From the NCBI GenBank assembly GCA_022820825.1, contig JAJEEU010000101.1, positions 38,682 through 102,681 on the forward strand: a stretch of 64,000 nucleotides of DNA. Reading direction: 5' to 3'. The stretch comes from Vicinamibacteria bacterium. Lineage in GTDB: Bacteria; Acidobacteriota; Vicinamibacteria; Vicinamibacterales; UBA8438. The notes under the pieces are model-generated. The model made no database searches. It saw only the letters and a list, made by a program, of their open reading frames with translations, and had not been told where the DNA came from. A program made the translations under genes and the position numbers. Numbering within the stretch: the stretch's first letter is position 1; every line of letters starts with the position of its first letter. Positions 1 to 9,101 of the stretch are shown piece after piece.

Positions 1-705
1 GTCACCGTGCCGGGTTTTTCCGTCGAGCTGTGCGGCGGCACGCATTGCCGCGCCACCGGCGACATCGGGCCGTTCGTCATCACGCACGAAGGCGGTGTGG
101 CGGCGGGCGTGCGGCGCATCGAAGCTGTCACGGGGGCGGGAGCGGTCACGCTGCAGCAGCAGCGCGGAGAAGCGCTCGCGGATCTCCTGCACCAGCTCGG
201 TACGGCGCCCGATCAGGCCCTGCCGGCCGTCCGGAAGCTGCAGGCCGAAGCCAGGCGCCTGACCCGCGAAATCGAGCGGCTGAAGGTCGCGGCGGCAGTG
301 GCCGGCCCGGCGGCGTCGCCGGCGGACGAGGCGGTCGAGGTCGCCGGCGTGAAGCTCGTGACCCGCCAGGTGCAGGCGCTCGAGCCGCAGGCCCTGCGGA
401 CGCTTGCCGACTCCCTGCGCGACCGCGCGGGGAGCGGCGTTGTCGTTCTTGCCTCGAGCAATGACGGCAAGGCGGCGCTGGTCGTCTCGGTCACCAGGGA
501 TCTGACCGGCCGCGTTCACGCCGGCCAATTGGTGAAGGAGCTGGCGCCGATCATCGGCGGCAAGGGCGGCGGCCGGCCCGACTTCGCCCAGGCCGGCGGC
601 CGCCAGCCGGAACGCATCGGCGAGCTCTTCGTCGCCTGCCGCGAACTGCTGGGCCGCCAGTTGGCGGAAGAGCGCACCTCCAATGCCGGACTGCGCTCAA
701 CCTGA
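1..705 (+). CDS. alaS: alanyl-tRNA synthetase, C-terminal part (5' end outside window)
   Basis: Frame 1 is open from the window edge. The translation carries the AlaRS editing-domain motif ELCGGTHC and the C-terminal DHHA1-like GGKGGGRPDFAQAGG. Stop TGA at 703-705. Confidence 0.9.
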   Translation, partial: VTVPGFSVELCGGTHCRATGDIGPFVITHEGGVAAGVRRIEAVTGAGAVTLQQQRGEALADLLHQLGTAPDQALPAVRKLQAEARRLTREIERLKVAAAVAGPAASPADEAVEVAGVKLVTRQVQALEPQALRTLADSLRDRAGSGVVVLASSNDGKAALVVSVTRDLTGRVHAGQLVKELAPIIGGKGGGRPDFAQAGGRQPERIGELFVACRELLGRQLAEERTSNAGLRST

Positions 706-1069
706 ACGCATCCGCCTGGACGTCTGGCTGGACGTGGCCTGCGTCTGCAAGACGCGCTCTGCCGCGCGGCAGGCCTGCGTGGGCGGCAAGGTCAGCGTGA
801 ACGGCGCGCGCGCGAAACCGAATCAGGAGATCCGCGCAGGCGACAGAATCGGGATCACCGGTCCCCACGGCCGCCGCGAGCTCGTCGTCAGCGCGATCGA
901 GGCTCAACACGTCCCGAAGGCGACGGCCCGCAAGCTGTACGAGGACGTCACGCCCCCGCCCACGCCCGAGGAGCTCGAGCTGCGCGACCTGTTGCGCCGG
1001 GCGGGACCTGTACCGGGCCAGGGCAGCACGCCCGATCGCCGCAATCGGCGCCAGCGTAGCCGGTGGTGA
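683..1069 (+). CDS. S4-domain RNA-binding protein (Hsp15-like)
   Basis: 128-aa ORF. The N-terminal IRLDVWLDVACVCKTRSAARQACVGGKVSVNG...IRAGDRIGI fits the S4 alpha-L RNA-binding pattern, followed by a basic tail. ATG at 683 overlaps the alaS end by 23 nt. Confidence 0.7.
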   Translation: MPDCAQPERIRLDVWLDVACVCKTRSAARQACVGGKVSVNGARAKPNQEIRAGDRIGITGPHGRRELVVSAIEAQHVPKATARKLYEDVTPPPTPEELELRDLLRRAGPVPGQGSTPDRRNRRQRSRW

Positions 1070-1126
1070 AGCGGCTACCCTGAAGCCGACTGCGCCGGGT
1101 GCGGCACTAACGGACGTCGCACGCTA

Positions 1127-1155
1127 TGGACGGCGCCTCATGCAGCGTCTATAAT
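1127..1155 (+). promoter_or_regulatory. sigma70-like promoter upstream of rpsT
   Basis: TGGACG (1127-1132), 17-nt spacer, TATAAT (1150-1155). It is an AT-rich island in GC-rich DNA, about 40 nt upstream of the rpsT start. Confidence 0.45.
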
Positions 1156-1193
1156 TATTGGCCGCACAGCGTGATAGACAAGGACAGGCAGGG

Positions 1194-1466
1194 TTGGCGA
1201 ATCATAAATCGGCGCTGAAGGCGCATCGTCAGAACGTCAAGATACGGGCTCACAACCGCGAGCTTCGCAGCCGCCTGCGGCATGCGCTGAAGGCCGCGCG
1301 CGCTGCCATCGAGAGCGGCGACGCCGCGACCGCCGGCGCGCAAATGCGCAGCACCGTCTCGCTCATCGACCGGATGGCCGGCAAGCGCATCATCCACCCC
1401 AACGCCGCGGACCGCTACAAGTCCCGCCTGTCAAAGCGTCTCGCGGCGGCCTCTTCCGGAACCTGA
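1194..1466 (+). CDS. rpsT: 30S ribosomal protein S20
   Basis: ANHKSALKAHRQNVKIRAHNRELRSRLR... is a typical bS20 sequence. The ORF-track start (TTG 1158) is probably too early; TTG at 1194 gives the canonical (M)ANHKSA N-terminus, with AGGACAGG upstream. Confidence 0.88.
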   Translation: MANHKSALKAHRQNVKIRAHNRELRSRLRHALKAARAAIESGDAATAGAQMRSTVSLIDRMAGKRIIHPNAADRYKSRLSKRLAAASSGT

Positions 1467-2402
1467 CGCGCGGCCGGCTCCCGCCGCCGCGCACAACTCG
1501 ACCACCAGCCGTTCGAGCAGCTGGCGCCGGTCGCCTGCCGACCGCTTGAGGGCGTTGTCCGTCCTGAAGACCACGTCGATGGCCTGCGGAATGCGCGGCG
1601 GCGGGAGCCGGCTGCGCGCCACCCAGGCAAGCTGGCCCAGCACCATGTAGGGCTCGGCGCCCTGCTCCAGCGCCAGTGCAAGCTGCCGCAGCGCGGTTGC
1701 CGCGTCGCCGCGCTCGATCGCGCGCGTTACCGCCCAGTTGTCGTAGGCCGCCGCCGGACCGGCCACGTCCCGCACGTCCTGCACCGACACGTCCGGGTTG
1801 TCGCCGGCGAACAGCAACAGGCGCTCGACTTCGTCCCGCAGCCGGTTGGCGTCGGGGCCGATCCGCTCGCCGAGCAGCCGCACGGCCTGCGGATCGATCC
1901 GCTTCCCGGCGGCCTGCACCCTCGTCCGGATCCAGCGTTGCGCATCGGCGACGGTCTCGATGGCGGCGCCGCGCAGTACGGTGGCGCGGCTCAACAGCCG
2001 CTTGTTGAGACGGCGGCGCTCGTCGAGCGGGGCGCTTGCCAGCACGAGCGCGGCGTGCTGCGGCGGATCCTCCAGGAATGCCTCCAGCTCCGCGGCATCC
2101 TGCTCCGCCGCCTTGCCGTCGCGCGCCGGCTGCAGCAGCCGCTCGGCATGGGACACGATGACGATGCGGCGCGGCGCCATCAGCGGCAGGGTGCGGGCGG
2201 CGTCGAGCACCTCGCCGAGCGCCGCCTCGCCGCCGTGGAACCGCGCGACGTTGAACGCCCGCAGCCCCTCGTCGACCGCCTGCTCGAACTCGGCCGCCAG
2301 CGCCAGCTTCCACTGCTCGTCCTCGCCCAGGATCAGGTAGACGGGATCGAGCTGCCCCGACGCAATCTGCGCCCGGACCGCCTCCGGCGCGGCGCTGCCC
2401 AT
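1431..2402 (-). CDS. holA: DNA polymerase III delta subunit
   Basis: 323 aa. The N-terminus IASGQLDPVYLILGEDEQWK...ARFHGGEA...LPLMAPRRIVIV fits the HolA pattern and the gene sits in conserved leuS-lptE-holA synteny. ATG at 2400-2402. Confidence 0.8.
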   Translation of the reverse strand: MGSAAPEAVRAQIASGQLDPVYLILGEDEQWKLALAAEFEQAVDEGLRAFNVARFHGGEAALGEVLDAARTLPLMAPRRIVIVSHAERLLQPARDGKAAEQDAAELEAFLEDPPQHAALVLASAPLDERRRLNKRLLSRATVLRGAAIETVADAQRWIRTRVQAAGKRIDPQAVRLLGERIGPDANRLRDEVERLLLFAGDNPDVSVQDVRDVAGPAAAYDNWAVTRAIERGDAATALRQLALALEQGAEPYMVLGQLAWVARSRLPPPRIPQAIDVVFRTDNALKRSAGDRRQLLERLVVELCAAAGAGRASGSGRGRRETL

Positions 2403-2411
2403 GTCGACCGC

Positions 2412-2951
2412 CTAGAACGCCTCGAGGATTGAGCTGACCACCGTCTCCGCGAAGTCCTGCGCGATGCGCTCGACGGCGTTCGAGCGCTGGCCGAAGAACG
2501 AGGAAACGCTTGCGACGTCTCCGCCGCCGGACGCCACCTCGTACTCGTCGCTGAACACCATGCGCGGGTTCTCCCACAGCACCTCGTCCGTGGTGAGGTC
2601 CGTGAACTGGATGCCCGCCGTCAGGGTGAAGACGTAGCGCGAGGCCTGCTGGTCGTCCGTGAAGCTGGCCGGCGCAATCTGGATATTGTCGATGGAGCCG
2701 ACGAGCACGGCGTCGACGTCTTCGACTTCCGCCACCACCCGGTAGCTGCCGCGGCCGATGAACTCCTGCCGCACTTCCTGCGTAACGAGCTGCTCGACCT
2801 CGAATACCGGCGTGCCGTTCTCGAACATCGGGATGGCGATAGTCTCGATGTAGTCCGGCAGGAACGATCCGCCGCCCACCAGCGCGTACCCGCAGCCGGA
2901 AAACGAAACGCACGACATTACGACTCCGATCAGCGCACTTTTTCGAGTCAT
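2412..2951 (-). CDS. lptE: LPS-assembly lipoprotein LptE
   Basis: 179 aa with a lipoprotein signal and lipobox (VSFSGC). It lies immediately downstream of leuS with an ATGA overlap, the canonical lptE position. Confidence 0.7.
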   Translation of the reverse strand: MTRKSALIGVVMSCVSFSGCGYALVGGGSFLPDYIETIAIPMFENGTPVFEVEQLVTQEVRQEFIGRGSYRVVAEVEDVDAVLVGSIDNIQIAPASFTDDQQASRYVFTLTAGIQFTDLTTDEVLWENPRMVFSDEYEVASGGGDVASVSSFFGQRSNAVERIAQDFAETVVSSILEAF

Positions 2952-5506
2952 CGATCCTCCCGAGAACGAGCAACGACGTTCACGAGCTTGCCGGGCACGA
3001 CGATTACCTTCGCAATCCGCTTGCCGGCGGTATGTGCGCCAACGTGCGGATCCTTCAACGCCAGTGCTTCAAGCATATCCGGCGGCGCGTCGGCCGCCAC
3101 GGTGAGGCGCGCGCGCAGGCGTCCGTTCACCTGCACGGGCACCACGATTTCCTCGGCCCGCGCGGCTTCCTCGTCGCACTCCGGCCACCCCGCCGCCACC
3201 ACGCCGCCGGCGTGGCCCAGCACCTCCCACAGCTCCTCCGCCAGGTGCGGTGCAAACGGCGACAGCATCAGCACGAGCGCCTCGACCGCTTCCCTGACGA
3301 CCGCCAGCGCCGCCGGACGCGGCGGCCGCCCGGACTCGTCGGCAGCGGGCTGTTCGACGCCGATCCGCTCCCGGGCGCAGAACGCGTACAGCTCGTTGAC
3401 CAGCTCCATCAGCGCAGAAACGGCCGTGTTGAGATGTACGCGTACGTCGATGTCGCTCGAGACCCGCCGGATGGTGTCATGCGTCCTGCGGCGCAGGGCG
3501 CGGTCCGCGCTCTGAAGATCCACGGCGTCGAGGGCTGGACAATCCGGGGCCGCCGTGCAGAATGCGCTGACCAGCCGCCACACGCGGCCGAGGAAACGGT
3601 AGCTGCCTTCCAGCCCGGCGTCGGTCCACTCGATTTCCCGTTCCGGCGGCGCGACGAACATCTCGTACAGCCGCAGCGCGTCGGCGCCGTAGGTGGCGAG
3701 CATGTCATCCGGGTCGACGACGTTCCCCCTGGACTTGGACATGACCGCGCCGTTGCGCAGCACCATGCCCTGCGTCAACAGCCGCTTGAACGGCTCCTCG
3801 TGCTCGACCATCCCCAGATCGTTGAGGACGCGGCAGAAGAACCGGGAGTAGATGAGGTGCAGGATCGCATGCTCGATCCCCCCGCTGTAGAAGTCGATGG
3901 GTCCCCAGTACGCAACCGTCGCTGGATCGAAAGGCTGCGCGTCGTTGCGCGGGTCGCAGTAGCGGTAGAAGTACCACGACGAGTCGACGAACGTGTCCAT
4001 CGTATCCGTTTCGCGCTTCGCCGGCCCGCCGCATCCGGGGCAGGCCGTCGCCACGAACTCGGGCACCTCGGCGAGGGGTGAATCGCCGCGTCCGCTGAAT
4101 TGCTCGACCCGCGGCAACTCGACCGGCAGGTCCTCGTCGGGCACCGGCTGCGTTCCGCACGTCTCGCAGTAGACGATCGGGATCGGCGTGCCCCAGTAGC
4201 GCTGCCGCGAGACGCCCCAGTCCTTCAGGCGGAACTGGACCTCGCCGCGGCCCGTGCCGCGCTCCTCCGCCGCCTGCGTCATGGCGCGCATCGCCGCGGC
4301 GCTGGACAGGCCGCTGAACGGACCGGAATCGACCAGCACGCCGTGCTCCGCCGAGGCCGCCTCCAGCGTCTCGCCGCGCAGCGGCGGCGCGCCGTCCGGC
4401 TGCACGACCACCGTGACCGGCAGGCCGTACCTGCGCGCGAACTCGAAGTCGCGCTGATCGTGCGCGGGCACGGCCATGATCGCCCCCGTGCCGTACTCGG
4501 CCAGCACGAAGTTGGCGATCCAGATCGGCACCGGCTTGCCCGTAAACGGATTCAGGGCCTGGCGTCCGGTGTCGAAGCCTTCCTTCTCGATCTGGCCGGT
4601 CGTACGGGCCGTGCGGTCGAGCGCCCGGAAACGGTCGAGCTGCGCGCGGAACGCGGCCGGGTCGGCGCTCGACGCGGCCAGGCGCTCGGCCAGCGGATGC
4701 TCGGGGGCCAGCAGCACCGCCGTGGCGCCGTAGATCGTGTCGATGCGCGTCGTGAATACCTCGACGGGCTCCTCGGCCGCGTCCGCCTCGCGGCCGGGAA
4801 TGACCGCGAACCGCACGCGCGCACCGTGCGAGCGGCCGATCCAGTTGCGCTGCATCGTGAGCACCTGCTCGGGCCACTGCTCGAGCCGCTCCGCGCCCTC
4901 CAGCAGCGCGTCGGCGTAGCGCGTGATCCTGAAGAACCACTGGTTCAGCTCCCGGGTGCCCACCTGCGTGTCGCAGCGCCAGCAGGCGCCGTCCACCACC
5001 TGCTCGTTGGCCAGCACGGTTTCGCACGACGGGCACCAGTTCACGGCGGAGCGCTGGCGGTAGGCCAGGCCGCGCTCGAACATGCGCAGGAAGATCCACT
5101 GGTTCCACTTGTAGTAGTCCCGCTCGCACGTCGCGAATTCACGTTCCCAGGCGTAGCTGATCCCGAGCCGCTGCAACTGGCCCTTCATGTGGGCGATGTT
5201 GTCGAGCGTCCAGCGTTCCGGATGGATGCCGTGCTTGATGGCGGCGTTCTCGGCCGGCATCCCGAACGCGTCCCAGCCGAACGGGTGGAGCACGTTGTAG
5301 CCCTGCATGCGCCGGGTCCGCGCGACCACGTCCCCAATCATGTAGTTGCGCACGTGCCCGACGTGCGCGTGCCCCGAGGGGTAGGCGAACATGACGAGGC
5401 AGTAGAACTTGGGCCGGCCGGGATCCTCGGCCACCTCGAAGGCGCGGCTGTCCCGCCAGCGCTGCTGCCACTTCTTCTCGATGGACTGGGGGTCGTAGTC
5501 GCGCAC
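2948..5506 (-). CDS. leuS: leucyl-tRNA synthetase
   Basis: 852 aa. Class I signatures are present: HVGHVRNY (HIGH-type) and VMSKSRGN (KMSKS-type), plus full-length LeuRS-like sequence. GTG start at 5504-5506. Confidence 0.97.
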   Translation of the reverse strand: MRDYDPQSIEKKWQQRWRDSRAFEVAEDPGRPKFYCLVMFAYPSGHAHVGHVRNYMIGDVVARTRRMQGYNVLHPFGWDAFGMPAENAAIKHGIHPERWTLDNIAHMKGQLQRLGISYAWEREFATCERDYYKWNQWIFLRMFERGLAYRQRSAVNWCPSCETVLANEQVVDGACWRCDTQVGTRELNQWFFRITRYADALLEGAERLEQWPEQVLTMQRNWIGRSHGARVRFAVIPGREADAAEEPVEVFTTRIDTIYGATAVLLAPEHPLAERLAASSADPAAFRAQLDRFRALDRTARTTGQIEKEGFDTGRQALNPFTGKPVPIWIANFVLAEYGTGAIMAVPAHDQRDFEFARRYGLPVTVVVQPDGAPPLRGETLEAASAEHGVLVDSGPFSGLSSAAAMRAMTQAAEERGTGRGEVQFRLKDWGVSRQRYWGTPIPIVYCETCGTQPVPDEDLPVELPRVEQFSGRGDSPLAEVPEFVATACPGCGGPAKRETDTMDTFVDSSWYFYRYCDPRNDAQPFDPATVAYWGPIDFYSGGIEHAILHLIYSRFFCRVLNDLGMVEHEEPFKRLLTQGMVLRNGAVMSKSRGNVVDPDDMLATYGADALRLYEMFVAPPEREIEWTDAGLEGSYRFLGRVWRLVSAFCTAAPDCPALDAVDLQSADRALRRRTHDTIRRVSSDIDVRVHLNTAVSALMELVNELYAFCARERIGVEQPAADESGRPPRPAALAVVREAVEALVLMLSPFAPHLAEELWEVLGHAGGVVAAGWPECDEEAARAEEIVVPVQVNGRLRARLTVAADAPPDMLEALALKDPHVGAHTAGKRIAKVIVVPGKLVNVVARSREDR

Positions 5507-5533
5507 CGGAGGAGTGAAGAGAGGGTGTCTGGA

Positions 5534-6589
5534 TTATAGTGCAGGCCAGTACGGCGCCTGCGCCCGCCGTACCTGCGCCAGCACGGCCTCGGCGCGCCGC
5601 GTGGAACCTGCGGGGGACGCCGGCGGCGGCGCCGGCGGCGCGGCCAGCACGTCGAGCGTGCCGGCCAGGCACGCCTCCAGCGCATCGAGGTCGTAGCCGC
5701 CCTCCGTGACCACCGCCAGCCGCCCGCCGCAGCACCGCTCCGCCACGCCGCGCAACACCCCGTCCATCCGCGCGTAGCCGCCGGTGGAAACACGCATGCC
5801 GCCGAGCGGGTCGCGGTCGTGCGCATCGTAGCCCGCCGATACCAGCAGCAGATCCGGCCCGTACGCCTCCAGGATCGGGGCTACCGCGGTGTCGAAGACA
5901 AGGCCGTAGTCGGCGTCGCCGGCGCCGGCCTCCAGCGGCACGTTCACGGTGAAACCCGCGCCGCCCTCACGGCCGACGTCGCCGGCCGCGCCCGTGCCGG
6001 GATAGAACGGATACTGGTGCAGGGATATGTACAGGACGCGCGGATCGTCGTAGAACATCCACTGGGTGCCGTTGCCGTGGTGCACGTCGTAGTCGACGAC
6101 GGCAACTCGATCGAGGCCGCGGCTCAGGGCGTGGGCGGCGGCCACCGCCACGTTGTTGTAGAGACAGAAACCCATCGCCCTGTCCCGCTCCGCGTGGTGG
6201 CCCGGCGGGCGGACGAAGGCGACGCCGGTCGCTCCGGCCAGCGCATGCTCGACGGCCCGTATCGCCGCTCCAGCCGCCAGGCGGGCGACTTCCTCCGAAT
6301 CCGGCGCCGTGAACGTATCGGCGTCCAGCCGCACGCTCCGGCCGGCCGTTCCGGCGATGGTTTCCAGGTGGAGCTGATCGTGGACCCGCAGCAGGGCGCC
6401 TGCCGGAGCGGCGTCCGGCGCGGCGACGGCGCCGCCGCCGTCGGCCCAGCGCCGAGCCACGGTGGCCATGACCGTTGCCCGCGCCGGCCGCTCCGGATGT
6501 CCTGCGGGAGTCGCGTGGCCGCCGAAGCGCTCCGAGAACACCAGCAGCACGTCGCCGCCGGATTGCGCCGGCGTGGTCCGCGCCTCCAT
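5534..6589 (-). CDS. histone deacetylase-family (acetoin utilisation/deacetylase-like) protein
   Basis: RPPGHHAERDRAMGFCLYNNVA...VDYDVHHGNGTQ...SAGYDAH are classic HDAC/AcuC motifs. The start was re-set to the ATG at 6587-6589 (MEARTT), just after the upstream gene's stop at 6598; the track ORF extends spuriously to 7021. Confidence 0.85.
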   Translation of the reverse strand: MEARTTPAQSGGDVLLVFSERFGGHATPAGHPERPARATVMATVARRWADGGGAVAAPDAAPAGALLRVHDQLHLETIAGTAGRSVRLDADTFTAPDSEEVARLAAGAAIRAVEHALAGATGVAFVRPPGHHAERDRAMGFCLYNNVAVAAAHALSRGLDRVAVVDYDVHHGNGTQWMFYDDPRVLYISLHQYPFYPGTGAAGDVGREGGAGFTVNVPLEAGAGDADYGLVFDTAVAPILEAYGPDLLLVSAGYDAHDRDPLGGMRVSTGGYARMDGVLRGVAERCCGGRLAVVTEGGYDLDALEACLAGTLDVLAAPPAPPPASPAGSTRRAEAVLAQVRRAQAPYWPAL

Positions 6590-6597
6590 CCTGCCCG

Positions 6598-7272
6598 TCA
6601 CCTTCCGGCCACCCTGGAGGCCGCCTGCTCCGCCAGCCGGCGCAGGGACGTTTCCAGCCTGGCACGGGCGGCTTCCAGTTCCCCGGCGTCCCGGCCCGCT
6701 CGCACGTCGAGCGGCTCTCCGATCGCCACCGCGATCCGGCTGAACGGCCGCGGCACCTGGGTGCGATCCCAACTGCGCGCCGACCAGTAGCGCTCCGCTT
6801 CGATGTGAAACGGCAGAATCGGGCTGCCGGTGCGCTCCGCCAGCCAGACCGCCCCCGGCTGCACCGAACGCGACGGCCCGCGCGGCCCGTCCACGGCGAA
6901 CCCGGCCGGCCGGCCGCGGCCGACCTCGCGCCGCAACTGCGCCAGCGCGCGCGGCCCGCCGCGCGACGTGGAACCCCGCGCGGTGCCGTAGCCGAAGCGC
7001 CGGATGATGCGGGCGATCCACTCGCCGTCGAAGTTCTCGCTGATCATTACCACGATGCCGTGGTCGCGCCAGAAATACGTCGCGGCAAGGATGCGGCCGT
7101 GCCAGAAGGCGAAGATCGGCACGCGCCCGGCCGCCCGCAGCGCAGCGTAATGCTCGTAGCCGTCGACCTGCCAGCGGCAGGTCCTGCCCAGGAGTGCGAT
7201 GAGCGGGTGCCCGAGCGCGGCGATGACCGCCGCCCGGGTGCGCTGCGCGCGCGAAAGAGACTTAACCCGCAT
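6598..7272 (-). CDS. DUF374-domain protein (lysophospholipid acyltransferase-like)
   Basis: 224 aa. FAFWHGRIL...MISENFDGEWIARIIRRFGYGTARGSTSRGG...DGPRGP matches the DUF374 family pattern. Its ATG (7270-7272) lies inside the left arm of the 20-bp inverted repeat. Confidence 0.75.
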   Translation of the reverse strand: MRVKSLSRAQRTRAAVIAALGHPLIALLGRTCRWQVDGYEHYAALRAAGRVPIFAFWHGRILAATYFWRDHGIVVMISENFDGEWIARIIRRFGYGTARGSTSRGGPRALAQLRREVGRGRPAGFAVDGPRGPSRSVQPGAVWLAERTGSPILPFHIEAERYWSARSWDRTQVPRPFSRIAVAIGEPLDVRAGRDAGELEAARARLETSLRRLAEQAASRVAGR

Positions 7273-7443
7273 TTCTCACCAGCCTTCTGCTGCGGCCGCC
7301 GATCCGCTCGCCGTGGCGGGCCGTACTCCCTCACGCCGCTTCGACGTAGTTACGACTACGCCTGCAGCGTCGTTCGGTCCGTGCGACCCACCACACCGGC
7401 GCCTCGACGCCCTCGCGACGAACGCTGGTGAGAAATGCGGGTT
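7264..7443. repeat. perfect 20-bp inverted repeat pair (7264-7283 / 7424-7443) bracketing a 140-bp intergenic spacer
   Basis: AACCCGCATTTCTCACCAGC at 7264-7283 is the exact reverse complement of GCTGGTGAGAAATGCGGGTT at 7424-7443. This was read directly and is confirmed by identical peptide strings (AGEKCG) in two opposite-strand track ORFs. Confidence 0.9.
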
Positions 7444-9101
7444 CACATCCCTTCGTAGCGGGGTCCGCCGCCGCCTTCCGGCGGCACCCAGTCGATGATC
7501 TGGTACGGGTCCATGATGTCACACGTCTTGCAGTGCACGCAGTTGGACGCGTTGATCTGCAGTTGCTTCCCGCCCGAGCCGTCGGTGGCGTCGATGATCT
7601 CGTAGACGTTGGCTGGACAGAAGCGGGTGCAGGGATTGCGGTACTCCGCAAGGCACCGCGTGCGGCAGATGTCCGTGTCGTGCACCAGCAGGTGGGACGG
7701 CTGGTCTTCGTCGTGGCTCGTGCCCGAATGGTGCACGTTGGTCGCCTTGTCGAACGTCAGCTTGCGATCGATCACGAGCGTCCGGGCGGTCGCGGGCCGG
7801 GTCGCGTCAACGCGCCGCATGCGCGCGTGGCCGGGCCGCGCGGGCAGCGGATCCCGGAACCACCAGCCGCCGGTGACGAGCGCCAGGGCCGAGAACGCAA
7901 GACCCGCCGGCAGCCCATAGCCGAAGCTCTGGTGCACGTTGCGCACGGGATACAGCTCGGAGCGGATGCTGCCCGCTTCGACCAGTTCCGCGTAGCGCGC
8001 CAGGCGCGCCGCCGACGCGTCCCCCGCGCGCACCGCCTCGAACGCGGCCTCCGCGGCGCACATGCCGCTGCGCATGGCGAGGTGAATCCCCTTCAGCCGC
8101 ATCGAGTTCAGGAAACCGGCCGCGTCGCCGGCGATCAGCGCGCCGGGCATGTGGCAGCGCGGGACGGCATGCCAGCCGCCCTCCGGCAGCGCCTTGGCGC
8201 CGTAACGCACCATCTGGCCGTCCGCCAGCAGGCGCGCCACCAGCGGCTGCCGCTTGAACTGCTGAAACGCGGCGTGCGGATCGAAGAGCGGGTCGCGGTA
8301 GTCGAGGCCGGCCACGAAGCCGACCGAAAGACGCCCTTCCGGCAGCGCGTAGATGAAGCCGCCCCCGAATTCTCCCAGCCCCAGCGGATAGCCCAGCGTA
8401 TGGATGACCGCGCCTGGCGCCAGCCACTCGGGCGGCACCTCCCACAGCTCCTTGATGCCGACCGCATACTGCTGCGGCAGGCGGCCCTCGTCGAGGGCGA
8501 AGCGCCGGATCAGGGTCTTGGTCAGGTTGCCGCGCACCCCGTCGGCGAAGATTGTCACCGCCGCCCGGATGTCGACGCCGGGCTCGAACGTGGGCTTGCG
8601 CGCGCCGCTGCGGTCGAGCCCCTGGTCGCCGGTACGCACGCCGGCGACCCGATCGCCGTCAAACAACACCTCCGCGCCGGTGAAGCCGGCGAAGACGTCG
8701 ACACCCGCTTCCTCCACGAGACCCGCGAGCCACTTGACGAAGCGGTTGAGCGATATGACGTAGTGGCCGTGGTTGCGCAACGGCGGGGGCGTGACGGGGA
8801 ACCGGAGCGCCCGTTTGCGCGTCAGGAAGTAGATCCGATCTTCCCGGACGGCGGTGTCCAGCGGCGCGCCGCGCGCGCGCCAGTCGGGGACCAGCTCGTC
8901 GAGGGCCTGCGGATCCAGCACGGCGCCCGACAGCATGTGGGCGCCGCTCTCGCGCGCCTTCTCCAGGACCGCAACGCTCAGCGGTTCCCCGCCGCGCTCG
9001 CGCTGGAGCGTGGCCAGGCGGTACGCCGCCGCAAGACCCGCGGGACCGCCGCCGACGATCAGGACGTCGACGTCGAGGGTGTCGCGTTGAAAATCATTCA
9101 C
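7443..9101 (-). CDS. electron-transfer flavoprotein:ubiquinone oxidoreductase (ETF-QO)
   Basis: 552 aa. It has an N-terminal FAD Rossmann motif VLIVGGGPAGLAAA and a C-terminal 4Fe-4S region CPANVYEI...CVHCKTCDI. GTG start at 9099-9101 overlaps the etfA stop. Confidence 0.93.
   Translation of the reverse strand: MNDFQRDTLDVDVLIVGGGPAGLAAAYRLATLQRERGGEPLSVAVLEKARESGAHMLSGAVLDPQALDELVPDWRARGAPLDTAVREDRIYFLTRKRALRFPVTPPPLRNHGHYVISLNRFVKWLAGLVEEAGVDVFAGFTGAEVLFDGDRVAGVRTGDQGLDRSGARKPTFEPGVDIRAAVTIFADGVRGNLTKTLIRRFALDEGRLPQQYAVGIKELWEVPPEWLAPGAVIHTLGYPLGLGEFGGGFIYALPEGRLSVGFVAGLDYRDPLFDPHAAFQQFKRQPLVARLLADGQMVRYGAKALPEGGWHAVPRCHMPGALIAGDAAGFLNSMRLKGIHLAMRSGMCAAEAAFEAVRAGDASAARLARYAELVEAGSIRSELYPVRNVHQSFGYGLPAGLAFSALALVTGGWWFRDPLPARPGHARMRRVDATRPATARTLVIDRKLTFDKATNVHHSGTSHDEDQPSHLLVHDTDICRTRCLAEYRNPCTRFCPANVYEIIDATDGSGGKQLQINASNCVHCKTCDIMDPYQIIDWVPPEGGGGPRYEGM

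Noticed and set aside
7284-7423. A promoter-bearing invertible switch (inverton) between the 20-bp inverted repeats.
   Set aside because: It is not rejected outright and is kept as an alternative in the finding. It is down-weighted because no invertase or recombinase gene is in the window and the 140-bp interior lacks convincing -35/-10 hexamers in either orientation.
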